Shown here: piece by piece, positions 28,663 through 37,294 of the stretch
Layout of the letters: each line of letters begins with the position of its first letter
Position numbering within the stretch: position 1 is the first letter of the stretch
Virus record (IMG/VR): IMGVR_UViG_3300014019_000001
Location: 1-64,000 of that record
DNA length: 64,000 nucleotides
Direction: 5' to 3' (one strand)
DNA from: a virus
Lineage: Duplodnaviria > Caudoviricetes
Notes under the pieces: generated by a model
Told to the model about the DNA's origin: nothing
Seen by the model: only the letters and a program-made list of their open reading frames with translations
Databases searched by the model: none
Position numbers and translations under genes: made by a program

Positions 28663-30267
28663 CTATGCCTTTGCAGGCTGCTTATTCGGCGAGTCCTTTG
28701 TCACCTGTCCCTGTCGACCGGGCGCTGCGGCGGCTTTGGAGCCGAATGACGTGGGCGCGTTGAGGAGAAGATCCTCCCCTTCGAGCCATTTGTTGATGTC
28801 TTCGCGGATCTTCTTCTTCAGATCGTCAGCAAGCTGCGGGAAGAGCTTCTCGACCATCATCCGCATGTGCTCGCGCCGAACCTCAACGGGCGCCGTAAGC
28901 TTGGCGAGGGCCTCGGCGGTAACGAGATCGTCAACCAGACGCATGACGTCGAAGGTCGTGGGATAGGTGACAAGATCTTCCTTGGGCGACGCAATGCCAG
29001 CCCACCGGCAAACCAGGTCCACGATCCTGTTCTCGGCGTTCTGGCAGCTCTGCGCCTTCGTCAGCAGCAGGGAGTTCACGCGCTCGAAGTCGTATGCCTT
29101 GGCGACGCCCGACGAATTGTCGATGCCAACGGCATTGTCTTCCTTGGTGCGTTCGCCGGCCAGGCCGATCGTGTGGTAGATTTCGTTGATGATCTTGTTG
29201 ATCACCGCGAGGATCACGCCAGCCTGCTTGGGATCGGGCGACAGAAACTCTGGCTTCGCAGAGGAGCCTGCGCCGGGGTCGTAGACGAAGATCCGTTTAG
29301 TGCCGAGTTCGAGCACCTTGGTATAAATGTCGTCGCCGGCGGCGATGGCATTCGCAGGAATTGCGAGCTGCGAGAAGGTCTGATCCTGAATGATGGCGTC
29401 GAGGTTCGACAGGTAGTTGGTCACTGCCCGGTCGAGATAGGCGATATCGTCAATCAGGCCCGGCGCCTCGTAGGGCTTGGACTCGATGGTGTGGTCATGC
29501 AGGATCACCGGCACGACGCCGAGATTGTGCGCCTGACGACCGATCTCGCGCACCACCTTTTCGGTCCTGCGACCTACACGAACAACCTCTTCCTCGTAGA
29601 GCACCCATTCGGTGCGCGTCCAGAGACGCACGCGCTCGATGACGTCGCCGGTGTCGTTGATCGGATCGGCGTCGTCACGGGTGAGCTCGCGGAGCTTGAT
29701 CCACAAAAGCCCGCCGTCGCCATCCTCGTCATAGGCGTAGTCCAGAATATCGATGGCGCTGACGATGTAGGCGTAGATCCGGAAGTTCTGCTTCTTCGCC
29801 TCAGCGATGGACAGCGGACGCCGAGCCCCCTCCTCCGTCTCGGCGAGCTTCATGTTGTTGTCCACGACGATTGCGACCCGGCCGAAGATCGAATTCGACC
29901 CGGCGGACGAGCGCATGAACTGCGAAATGTCGTGTCCGTTGAGAGTCGTCCGCTTCCAGAACTCCTTCACGACATCGGGCGTGCCATCTTCCTTACGGGC
30001 GATCGTGCCCTTGAAGAGGTATTTCTGGATGAGGTCAACGACCTCCTTGGTGTGATTGAAGCGGTAGGCGCGCTCGCGACGCTTGTTAAACTCGTCTTCG
30101 CCTTCCTTGTGGTAACGGAAGATGTTGTCGAGGAACCACTCGCGGCCGCCATTGTAGGCAGCTTCCAGAAAGTGCCAGTGCGCCGCCATGATGTTGTAGC
30201 GGGGATGGCGCCGATCATAGAACGCGCGAAGTTTATCCTTGTGCTCTGCCGACTTTGCCGTTGCCAT
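28663..30267 (-). CDS. Portal protein
   Basis: 534 aa directly after large terminase; HNLGVVPV and SGVAKAYDF motifs. Confidence 0.9.
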   Translation of the reverse strand: MATAKSAEHKDKLRAFYDRRHPRYNIMAAHWHFLEAAYNGGREWFLDNIFRYHKEGEDEFNKRRERAYRFNHTKEVVDLIQKYLFKGTIARKEDGTPDVVKEFWKRTTLNGHDISQFMRSSAGSNSIFGRVAIVVDNNMKLAETEEGARRPLSIAEAKKQNFRIYAYIVSAIDILDYAYDEDGDGGLLWIKLRELTRDDADPINDTGDVIERVRLWTRTEWVLYEEEVVRVGRRTEKVVREIGRQAHNLGVVPVILHDHTIESKPYEAPGLIDDIAYLDRAVTNYLSNLDAIIQDQTFSQLAIPANAIAAGDDIYTKVLELGTKRIFVYDPGAGSSAKPEFLSPDPKQAGVILAVINKIINEIYHTIGLAGERTKEDNAVGIDNSSGVAKAYDFERVNSLLLTKAQSCQNAENRIVDLVCRWAGIASPKEDLVTYPTTFDVMRLVDDLVTAEALAKLTAPVEVRREHMRMMVEKLFPQLADDLKKKIREDINKWLEGEDLLLNAPTSFGSKAAAAPGRQGQVTKDSPNKQPAKA

Positions 30268-30323
30268 ACCGCTTACCTTGAAGTTTCCTTAAATAGTAAG
30301 TCACCAATTACTTATTTGCAAGG

Positions 30324-31592
30324 TTACAAAGAGAGACCCAGGATCTTGATGTCACGCACCGGATGTTCGAGATCGGCATAATAACCGAATGCGTCGGCGG
30401 CGTGCTCGACACCAGCCGACTTGTCGACCTCTCGCGTGCCGGGCTTGTAGATCGTCTGCTCCAGCGCATTGATGAAATGCCGACACTTGCGATCAACCTT
30501 CAGACGCACCACGCCTTCAGCCGTCTTCAGCAGCCGGTTCACGGCGTTCACACGGTCAGCCACCGCAGGATGCTTGCGCTTGAACTTGATGTTCTTGAAG
30601 CCGGCCTCGCGCAGGATGTCGAGATCAGACTCTCCTCGCCCGTGACTCCGGTTGTTGCCGGCCGGGTCAGGATAGATGCGCATCTGATTCATATGGCGGT
30701 GATAGCGCCGAGCCAGCTCGTCGGCCGTCTCCTGCGTGTTGGAGCCGAAGAGCACGCACTCGTCCACCACCCAGATCTCGCCGTTAGGCTGCTCCTGAAT
30801 GATGACCGACGACATCGGATCGATATTGAAGTCCTGGCCGACGTAGATTGGCAGTTGGGGATTGAACGGAAAATCGCCAACATGCTCTTTTCGATTGAAG
30901 GCATAGTAGACGCGGCCGCTCATGGTCTCGAAGCTGGCTTCGAACTCCTGGCGGAAGGACTTTTCGTCCATATCGCGGCGCGCCTGCTCGATTTCCTTCT
31001 TCGGAATGAATGGCGACGTGATGGTCGGAAACTGCCAGCTCTTCCAGGCGTTGACGACCGTCCGGCCCTTCTCGTCCTTGTAGGTATCGCCCTTCTGACC
31101 TTCCTGGAACTTGTCGTAAAGCCAGTTGAAGGATTTCGGAGTGCCGATGAAGATCACCCGGCCGCCGGTGGTGGCGAGCGTCGGACGCAGAACCTTCTCC
31201 CAGGTGTCTTCCTTGACGTCCTGAGCTTCGTCCATGACCAGGAACGAGATGCCGACGCCTCGCAACGAGTCCGGCTTGTCGGCGCCCTTCAGCATGATCC
31301 TCGACCCGTTGATCAGGTGGATCGTCATGCGCGTTTCGTTCATGCGCTTGATCCACTTGGCGGGGATCGAGAGCTTGAGGTCTTCCCAGAGAATGTCGCG
31401 CGCCATCTGGTAGGTCGGAGCGACATACCAGACGAGCTGGTTCTTCTTGCCAGCGGCGGCCTGAATGAGAGCGATCTTGCAGACCTGGGTCTTGCCCCAG
31501 CGCCGGCCGGCGACGATCACGCGGAATCGACGCGGATCCTGGAGAACACGCTTCTGACCGAGATGAACCTTGAGCTGGCCGGAACCGATCAC
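30324..31592 (-). CDS. terL: Terminase large subunit
   Basis: Walker A AGRRWGKT, LRG..LVMDE Walker B, IGTPK, GQDFN nuclease, HAADAFGY. Confidence 0.95.
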   Translation of the reverse strand: MIGSGQLKVHLGQKRVLQDPRRFRVIVAGRRWGKTQVCKIALIQAAAGKKNQLVWYVAPTYQMARDILWEDLKLSIPAKWIKRMNETRMTIHLINGSRIMLKGADKPDSLRGVGISFLVMDEAQDVKEDTWEKVLRPTLATTGGRVIFIGTPKSFNWLYDKFQEGQKGDTYKDEKGRTVVNAWKSWQFPTITSPFIPKKEIEQARRDMDEKSFRQEFEASFETMSGRVYYAFNRKEHVGDFPFNPQLPIYVGQDFNIDPMSSVIIQEQPNGEIWVVDECVLFGSNTQETADELARRYHRHMNQMRIYPDPAGNNRSHGRGESDLDILREAGFKNIKFKRKHPAVADRVNAVNRLLKTAEGVVRLKVDRKCRHFINALEQTIYKPGTREVDKSAGVEHAADAFGYYADLEHPVRDIKILGLSL

Positions 31593-32257
31593 GAGGACAC
31601 CATTCCCGTGAGGTCCTGGTCGACGGACTTCAGCAGCGCGTCGATATCGGTATCCTCATCGAGGGCGCCGATGTCCTGGTGGTGCTTCACGATGTCTTCG
31701 GCGGTCAGATCGACCAGCGGCAGCTCCGGAAGCTCATTCTCGTCGACCGTCTCGTCAGCGCGCAGGATTTTGTTCAGGCGCGCATCGATGCCTTCGATGA
31801 GCGTGAGCTGAAAGCGGCGAATAGCCTTCAGGTCGTCATCGATCGACGCCATCGAGGCGTTGGTCTTCACGGTATCGCCGACGAGCTTGGCTGCGATCAG
31901 GGTAGCGTTCCTGATCATCTGGTAGCCCTGCAGACGAGTTTCCTCGATCCACGCTGCCCTCTTAGCCGCGAACGTCTCGGCGCGTGCTGCCGCCGCCGCT
32001 GCTTGATTTACAGCCGCCTGCTGCACCGCTGCCTGCACCTCATGAGCGCGCGAGCCGCGACGAATGCCGTTGTTCTTGAAGCGCTGCGAGAGATTCTGCC
32101 GGGAGACGCCGAATTCGTCGGCAAGTTCAACGACGCCTTTGATACCCAGCTCGTAGGATTCCACGATCTGTGCCCATTCAGCATCGGTGAGCCGGCGACT
32201 CTTTTTGTCCTCGCCGGCGGAGTTCTCATCCGAACCGGAGAGTGTTTCCTCTGACAT
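31589..32257 (-). CDS. terS: Terminase small subunit (N-terminal HTH)
   Basis: ELADEFGVSRQNLSQRF HTH; immediately upstream of terL. Confidence 0.8.
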   Translation of the reverse strand: MSEETLSGSDENSAGEDKKSRRLTDAEWAQIVESYELGIKGVVELADEFGVSRQNLSQRFKNNGIRRGSRAHEVQAAVQQAAVNQAAAAAARAETFAAKRAAWIEETRLQGYQMIRNATLIAAKLVGDTVKTNASMASIDDDLKAIRRFQLTLIEGIDARLNKILRADETVDENELPELPLVDLTAEDIVKHHQDIGALDEDTDIDALLKSVDQDLTGMVSS

Positions 32258-32295
32258 ATTCCCTTCCAGCATAACTAAGCAGTGACTTACATTCT

Positions 32296-32402
32296 AGCCG
32301 GAGGAGTTTTCCCTGTCCATCTTCATACTAAGTTATTAATTACTTACTTTAGAGTAGATAATAACTAAGTATGAAAGAGGCGAGGGAAACATCTCCGGCT
32401 CG
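32296..32402. repeat. Inverted-repeat element, copy 2 of 3
   Basis: AGCCGGAG..TTCCCT..CTTCATACT / AGTATGAAAGAGGCGAGGGAAACATCTCCGGCTCG, upstream of terS. Confidence 0.8.
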
Positions 32403-32403
32403 T

Positions 32404-32664
32404 CTAACGTCCTCCGGATCGGAACCAGTCGTAGGCCGAAGGAGTGGGACGAATGATCTTGAACATTCCGGCGCGCTCCAGCTCGATGATGCCGCGCTTT
32501 ACCAGGAAACGGAGACTGGTCCGGAGAGACCCGTAGGCGCAGGTGTATGGCAGCGCCTGGTGCAGCTCCGTCACGGTGTAAAAGGTTCCGTTGTCGGCTG
32601 CCTCCAGGACAAGGTGCATGATCTGGCGCTGCTTGTCGGTGCGCTTTGGCTTAGATCGGCGCAT
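32404..32664 (-). CDS. Winged-helix DNA-binding protein
   Basis: TDKQRQIM..VTELHQAL..SLRTSLRFLVKRGII wHTH pattern. Confidence 0.75.
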   Translation of the reverse strand: MRRSKPKRTDKQRQIMHLVLEAADNGTFYTVTELHQALPYTCAYGSLRTSLRFLVKRGIIELERAGMFKIIRPTPSAYDWFRSGGR

Positions 32665-33532
32665 GGAGCTTCAGCCTCTCGTTCGGCCCTTGGAGATCGA
32701 ATTGCGTGATCGGTAGACGCTCCGGAACGCTGCCCTTCGGGTCCGGGCATTGCCAGACGCCATACATGGGCGAAGCCAGGCTCATCTGCTGAATGCCCTT
32801 GATCACTTCGACGGTCGACATGGCGGCCACGCGCGCCGCTCCGCGCTCCCGGTTGGCGCCGGTGTTCTCCAGCGCGGAGTTGCGCAGATAGAAGTCCTTG
32901 CACGCCTGGATCAGCTTCTCGCGCGCCGCCGGGCTCTTAGCCTCGATCTCGGCGACAATCGCCAGGTAGTCCTGCGGCGAGGCTTCGAAATGAGAACGGA
33001 AGAACTTCATGCCAGCGTCGAATTTGTTGGCGTTCATCGGCTCCACAAAGCGGAAGCCGGCCTTCTGGCCGAAGAGGTTGAACTTCGACATGGACGACTG
33101 GATCTCCATGAAGGTGTTACCCTCCATTCGCGAGACCAGGTTCATCATCCGGTAGCCGACGCCGATCCCGCGATACATAGTGTCCACCACGAAGCGCGAG
33201 ATCACTCGGAAGTTCTGGTTGATGTAGAGATAGCGGTTGGTGTTCGTGAGCCTGGTTTCGCCAGAACCGGGCGCCAGCTTAGGAAACACCAGATGGCGCT
33301 CCCGGAGCATGCCCTTGGGCGAACCGGTCACGATCACTCCGATGGTCTCCTCGCGCAGTCGCAGGCGCCAGAAACGGGGGCCGAAAGGCAGCGCCTCTGC
33401 CTTGTAATGGAGATCGTGAAGAAGATCCCAATCGGTCTTGTCCCCACGCTCGACCATCATTTCGCGGGCAAGCGCGAAATTCGCTCGTGGGTTCGGGTTG
33501 CGCTCGATCAGCGTGTCGGTGTCAAGCATCAC
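32651..33532 (-). CDS. GNAT acetyltransferase, Mom-like (putative DNA-modifying)
   Basis: LHDLHY near N-terminus; ISRFVVDTMYRGIGVG acetyl-CoA-binding motif A. Confidence 0.75.
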   Translation of the reverse strand: MMLDTDTLIERNPNPRANFALAREMMVERGDKTDWDLLHDLHYKAEALPFGPRFWRLRLREETIGVIVTGSPKGMLRERHLVFPKLAPGSGETRLTNTNRYLYINQNFRVISRFVVDTMYRGIGVGYRMMNLVSRMEGNTFMEIQSSMSKFNLFGQKAGFRFVEPMNANKFDAGMKFFRSHFEASPQDYLAIVAEIEAKSPAAREKLIQACKDFYLRNSALENTGANRERGAARVAAMSTVEVIKGIQQMSLASPMYGVWQCPDPKGSVPERLPITQFDLQGPNERLKLHAPI

Positions 33533-33746
33533 GTCGAAACCAGCCCTTGCGCTTCCCTGTGCGAATGAGCGTGCGCCAGAAGTCGCTGAGTGATGCGCCC
33601 AGCCAGATCAGCAGCACAGCATAGAGACTATTGGCGATCAGCTCGCTCATCCGTCGTCCTCCTCGCCGCGACGCAGCCGCACTTCGAGGAAGGCCAGAAA
33701 CAGGATGATCACGAGCAGAATGGCGAGGAGCTCGACCCAGCTTCCT

Positions 33747-33959
33747 TCACTTCCGGCCATTAACTTCCCTCCACCACTTCAGGGTTTTGTCACAGTGATT
33801 GAGATCCACGGTGTCGAGGATCTGGCAGAGCACGCAGCCCCACCTCTTCCGATCGTCGCGTGCGCGAGCGGCTCGATAGGACAGCGTTTCGGTGGGCGCG
33901 CCGCCGAGCAGCGCATTCACCAGGATTGAAACCGCTACGGCGATCGAGCGGACGGACAT
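33747..33959 (-). CDS. Small phage protein
   Basis: NALLGG.P.ETLS.R..C..L..D.NHC pattern. Confidence 0.6.
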   Translation of the reverse strand: MSVRSIAVAVSILVNALLGGAPTETLSYRAARARDDRKRWGCVLCQILDTVDLNHCDKTLKWWREVNGRK

Positions 33960-34037
33960 GCGCCCTACCCCGCCAGGACCGGCGCGACGGCGCATCCACT
34001 CAGAAAGAGCGAAATAGCGAAAACGGCAAAGCGCGAT

Positions 34038-34364
34038 TTAGCCATTTCCGACCCGTCGACCGGTGTTGTATTCGACCTGAACGGCGCGATCGTCCCAGAA
34101 CTCGATGAGACCGAGATCCTTGACGCAGGTGATCGGAAGGGTCCGGCCAAACTGCATCATGCAGAACACGTTGATCGCCGGCGCGTAGTTCTCGTTGGTC
34201 GAGGCGCGCGCCGTGAAGATGCGCACGTCCTTGCCTTCGTCGAGCCACTGGCGCACTCGGCCGACCATCGCGGGAATGGGAGCGCCGACGTGATCGATGC
34301 CGCGCCAGTGGTCGTATTCCGCCAGCGTGCCGTCGAGATCGACGCCGATCCAGCCCTTAGCCAT
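34038..34364 (-). CDS. HAD-family phosphatase-like protein
   Basis: IGVDLDGTL, IFTAR and WDDRA motifs. Confidence 0.8.
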   Translation of the reverse strand: MAKGWIGVDLDGTLAEYDHWRGIDHVGAPIPAMVGRVRQWLDEGKDVRIFTARASTNENYAPAINVFCMMQFGRTLPITCVKDLGLIEFWDDRAVQVEYNTGRRVGNG

Positions 34365-34653
34365 CGACGATCTCCCAATCCTCTGCGAGGATATCGGTCT
34401 GCGAGGCGAGCCAGCCGGTCACGGTCGAGCCGTCAGCAGCACGCAGATTGAGGTTGGGCATACGAACCGACGTGCCGCGATCGCCTTCCTCGAAGAGGGA
34501 GTTGCGCACGCCGCCGGTGAGCAGCGCATTCGTGGTGAGCGGCGGCCGGGAACCCTTGTTGAGGAAGACGAACATCCCCTTTCCGTTCCAGCCGTCACGG
34601 GCGACACGCCCGCCGCCCGACTTCAGGTGTTCGATTGCAGCTCCGAAATTCAT
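34357..34653 (-). CDS. DUF2829 / Tad2-like anti-defence sponge
   Basis: MNFG.A..LK.G..VAR.GWNGKGMF...W.ASQTDILAEDW signature. Confidence 0.8.
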   Translation of the reverse strand: MNFGAAIEHLKSGGGRVARDGWNGKGMFVFLNKGSRPPLTTNALLTGGVRNSLFEEGDRGTSVRMPNLNLRAADGSTVTGWLASQTDILAEDWEIVDG

Positions 34654-35294
34654 GTCATTTCCTTCCGTTCGACTTCGACACGCTCGCGAAAACGCTTGGT
34701 GATCGTCAGATCAGGGCCAAGCTCCTCGCCGAGGTCCGTGTGGGTGGTTGCGACCATGAAGGTCTTGCCGAGACGTCGGGCGACCTTCTGGATGTTGAAC
34801 GCCACGATCTTTGCCGTGACGCGATCAAGGACGGCGCCGAACTCGTCTGCGATCCAGACGTCGGCGTCCTGCTCCATGATTTTTGCGAGCTTCAGTCGGT
34901 AGCGCTGGCCGTCCGACAACTCCGATGGTTTGCGAATGTAGATCCAGGCGTCGGAGATGCCGGCTTTCGCGAGCAGATCGGTCGCTTCGACAGTGGTCTT
35001 GCCCACAAGGTCGATGACCGGGCGCTCTTCGAGCTGGATTTCACCGAGATCGGCGATCCTGAGCCCCTGCCCTGCCATCTGGGTCTTCAGATCGCGCAGC
35101 AGCAGCGACTTGCCGGAGCCCGACTGGCCGGTGATGTAGACGACATCGCCTTGGTTCACATCGATCTTCAGGTTGTCGTAGATGACGAACTTCTTGTCCG
35201 ACAGCGCCAGGCCAAAGCTCTCACCGATTTCGAGCACGCGGGACGTGCGCTCCACATTGCTCTCGAATGCGCGGGAGATCGTGTAGGTCGTCAT
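34650..35294 (-). CDS. Soluble ABC-family ATPase
   Basis: Walker A GQSGSGKS, signature LSDGQ, Walker B WIADEF, H-loop ATTH; no permease nearby. Confidence 0.9.
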   Translation of the reverse strand: MTTYTISRAFESNVERTSRVLEIGESFGLALSDKKFVIYDNLKIDVNQGDVVYITGQSGSGKSLLLRDLKTQMAGQGLRIADLGEIQLEERPVIDLVGKTTVEATDLLAKAGISDAWIYIRKPSELSDGQRYRLKLAKIMEQDADVWIADEFGAVLDRVTAKIVAFNIQKVARRLGKTFMVATTHTDLGEELGPDLTITKRFRERVEVERKEMT

Positions 35295-35659
35295 TCCATG
35301 TCCACCAGGATTTCGTTCTGAACGATGTCGAGGAGTGCGGCCTTCACGGTTTCCAGGTAGCCGATGAGCTTGCACGCCGAGAGGTCGGCGTGATCGTCGT
35401 TCGGCAGCACGAGATCGGAGAAGAAGCACTTGTCCTGGGCGTTCCAGCCCACAATGAGCGCGCCAGAGTAGCGGCCGTCGTAGACCATCTCCGCGAAGTT
35501 CTCGACGAGCTCCACGGTGTCTGCATCCGGCTCGGGGGCCTTCAGTTCGTCCGGCAGCTCTTGCTCGACCTCTGCGAGCTCCTCGTTCGGCACCTCGCGG
35601 CGCGTCTTGATCGAGATGATCTTTGCCTTGGGAATTTCGTCCTGCGGGATGTCGCTCAT
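35291..35659 (-). CDS. Hypothetical protein
   Basis: ORF overlapping the ABC ATPase start (ATGA). Confidence 0.6.
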   Translation of the reverse strand: MSDIPQDEIPKAKIISIKTRREVPNEELAEVEQELPDELKAPEPDADTVELVENFAEMVYDGRYSGALIVGWNAQDKCFFSDLVLPNDDHADLSACKLIGYLETVKAALLDIVQNEILVDME

Positions 35660-35673
35660 ACGTAAGTCATTAC

Positions 35674-36327
35674 TTATGAATTGAGTTCGATGAAAGCGAC
35701 CAGGGCATCAGCGCCCTTGAGGGCGGTTTCGTCCTCAACGCGGCTCATGAAGCTTCGGATTGCTCGGGACTGGGCGATGGTCACACGCTTGAAGCCAAAT
35801 GCATCGGCGATCGGCGCGGCCGTATCGTCCACCTCGTCGGCCTTCTTCGCATTGGCCTGCTGCTGGGCTTCGACGGCGCCGGAGATGTCCTCGACGAAGA
35901 AGTCCGTAGAGATTTCGCCAAGGTCGGAGGTCGAGAATTCCAGCTCTTTTTCGTCGAAGCCGAGGGTGAGCAGATCGATGTCAGTCTCGGCGAGCCGGCG
36001 CAGTTCGTCCTGGATCAACGACATGTCGTAGGACGCGCCTGTCACCCGGTTGTCGGCGAGGCGCAGCGCGTCGGCTTGCTCCTTGGTCAGATCCGAGCGG
36101 ACGATGACCGGCACCTTCTTCCGGCCGAGCTTGATGGCTGCCAGACGCCGGCCATGGCCGGCGATGATCTCGCCGTTGGTCCAGACCACGATCGGTTGCG
36201 TCCAGCCGTAGGTGAGGATCGCCTTCGCGAGCTTTTCGATCTCGTGCTCGGGATGGTTCTTGGCGTTGAGCGCGTAAGGGATCAGCTTATCGACGTCCCA
36301 AAGCTCGATCTTCGGCTGATCACTCAT
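35674..36327 (-). CDS. ParB/Srx N-terminal domain protein
   Basis: LIPYALNAKNH, GWTQPIVV, IIAGHGRRLAA, LRLADNR. Confidence 0.9.
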   Translation of the reverse strand: MSDQPKIELWDVDKLIPYALNAKNHPEHEIEKLAKAILTYGWTQPIVVWTNGEIIAGHGRRLAAIKLGRKKVPVIVRSDLTKEQADALRLADNRVTGASYDMSLIQDELRRLAETDIDLLTLGFDEKELEFSTSDLGEISTDFFVEDISGAVEAQQQANAKKADEVDDTAAPIADAFGFKRVTIAQSRAIRSFMSRVEDETALKGADALVAFIELNS

Positions 36328-36493
36328 CGTAGTCTTTCCTGTAGATGTCCCAGAGCTCCTCGTTAGAGGGCTGCCGGGTGTTGATTTTCGGTTCGAAGAA
36401 CTCCCCTGCCCCACAGGCCCGGCACTCCGGGCGAACGATCCTGGGGTTGAAGTAACGGCATCCGGTGCAGTCGGAGAACTTCGGCTCTTTCAC
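36320..36493 (-). CDS. Small zinc-ribbon protein (57 aa, not in ORF track)
   Basis: GTG start overlapping upstream stop; MKEPKFSDCTGCRYF..ECRACGAGEFF, two CxxC. Confidence 0.65.
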   Translation of the reverse strand: MKEPKFSDCTGCRYFNPRIVRPECRACGAGEFFEPKINTRQPSNEELWDIYRKDYDE

Positions 36494-37218
36494 GCGGCGA
36501 TCTCCGCCAGCGCTGCATCGAGGTCTGCTTCGTCGACGGCATTCTGGGTGCTGCGGGACTCGAACTGACCGACAAGGAGATGAACCAGAGCATCGCCGGC
36601 GTTCGTCAGGTCGTCCTGCGTGGTGAAGCCCTGTGCCTTCATCGTTTTGGCGATGAGCGCTGTGAGGCGCTCGGCGTCGCCCAAGGAAACCTTGAAGCGC
36701 ATCTGGGTGTGGGTCTTGGGCGCCTTCGCTGCCGGCGGCTCCGGGTCAGGCTGATCGCCCGGCGACTCGAAATTCCCGTCAATGTCCAGATCATCGAGCG
36801 CTATATCAGTGCTTGAGAAGATCGTTGTCAGGTCTTCGTCGGCAAAGGGCAGGAAACTCTGAAGCTCGCCAACATCACCGAGGGTCTTGAGAAGTTCGGC
36901 GAAAGACAGTGTGTCGTCGGCGCCGTAGCGAGCATTGTCGAGAACAGAGATTTCCTTGGCTCGTTTGTCGTCAATCTGCCCGAGGTTGACGACAGGAATC
37001 TCCGAAAGCCCGATCTTCTTCGCGATGTGCCAGCGGTGCTCGCCGCCGATGATCTCGTATGTGCCGTTTACTTCACGCACGACCACCGGCTTGAAAAGGC
37101 CATTTCGTTTGATCGATTCCTCAAGCTTCGCCTCGTTGTCGGGGGAGACGATGTTGGTGTTCCAGGAATTCGGAACGAGCTTTTCGGGATCGAGATTGAG
37201 CAATTGCGGTTGCGACAA
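36490..37218 (-). CDS. ParB-like nuclease-domain protein
   Basis: LVPNSWNTN, KPVVVR, YEIIGGEHRW, DNARYG. Confidence 0.9.
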   Translation of the reverse strand: MSQPQLLNLDPEKLVPNSWNTNIVSPDNEAKLEESIKRNGLFKPVVVREVNGTYEIIGGEHRWHIAKKIGLSEIPVVNLGQIDDKRAKEISVLDNARYGADDTLSFAELLKTLGDVGELQSFLPFADEDLTTIFSSTDIALDDLDIDGNFESPGDQPDPEPPAAKAPKTHTQMRFKVSLGDAERLTALIAKTMKAQGFTTQDDLTNAGDALVHLLVGQFESRSTQNAVDEADLDAALAEIAA

Positions 37219-37294
37219 TGGTTCATCCTCTGATAAGTAATCTATTACTTACCACATAACCGAAAGCCTGCAAGAGGCAATGAGGAAAATTTGA

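Noticed and set aside
34650-35294. ABC transporter
   Set aside because: No permease or binding-protein genes; context points to a soluble ATPase paired with the GNAT
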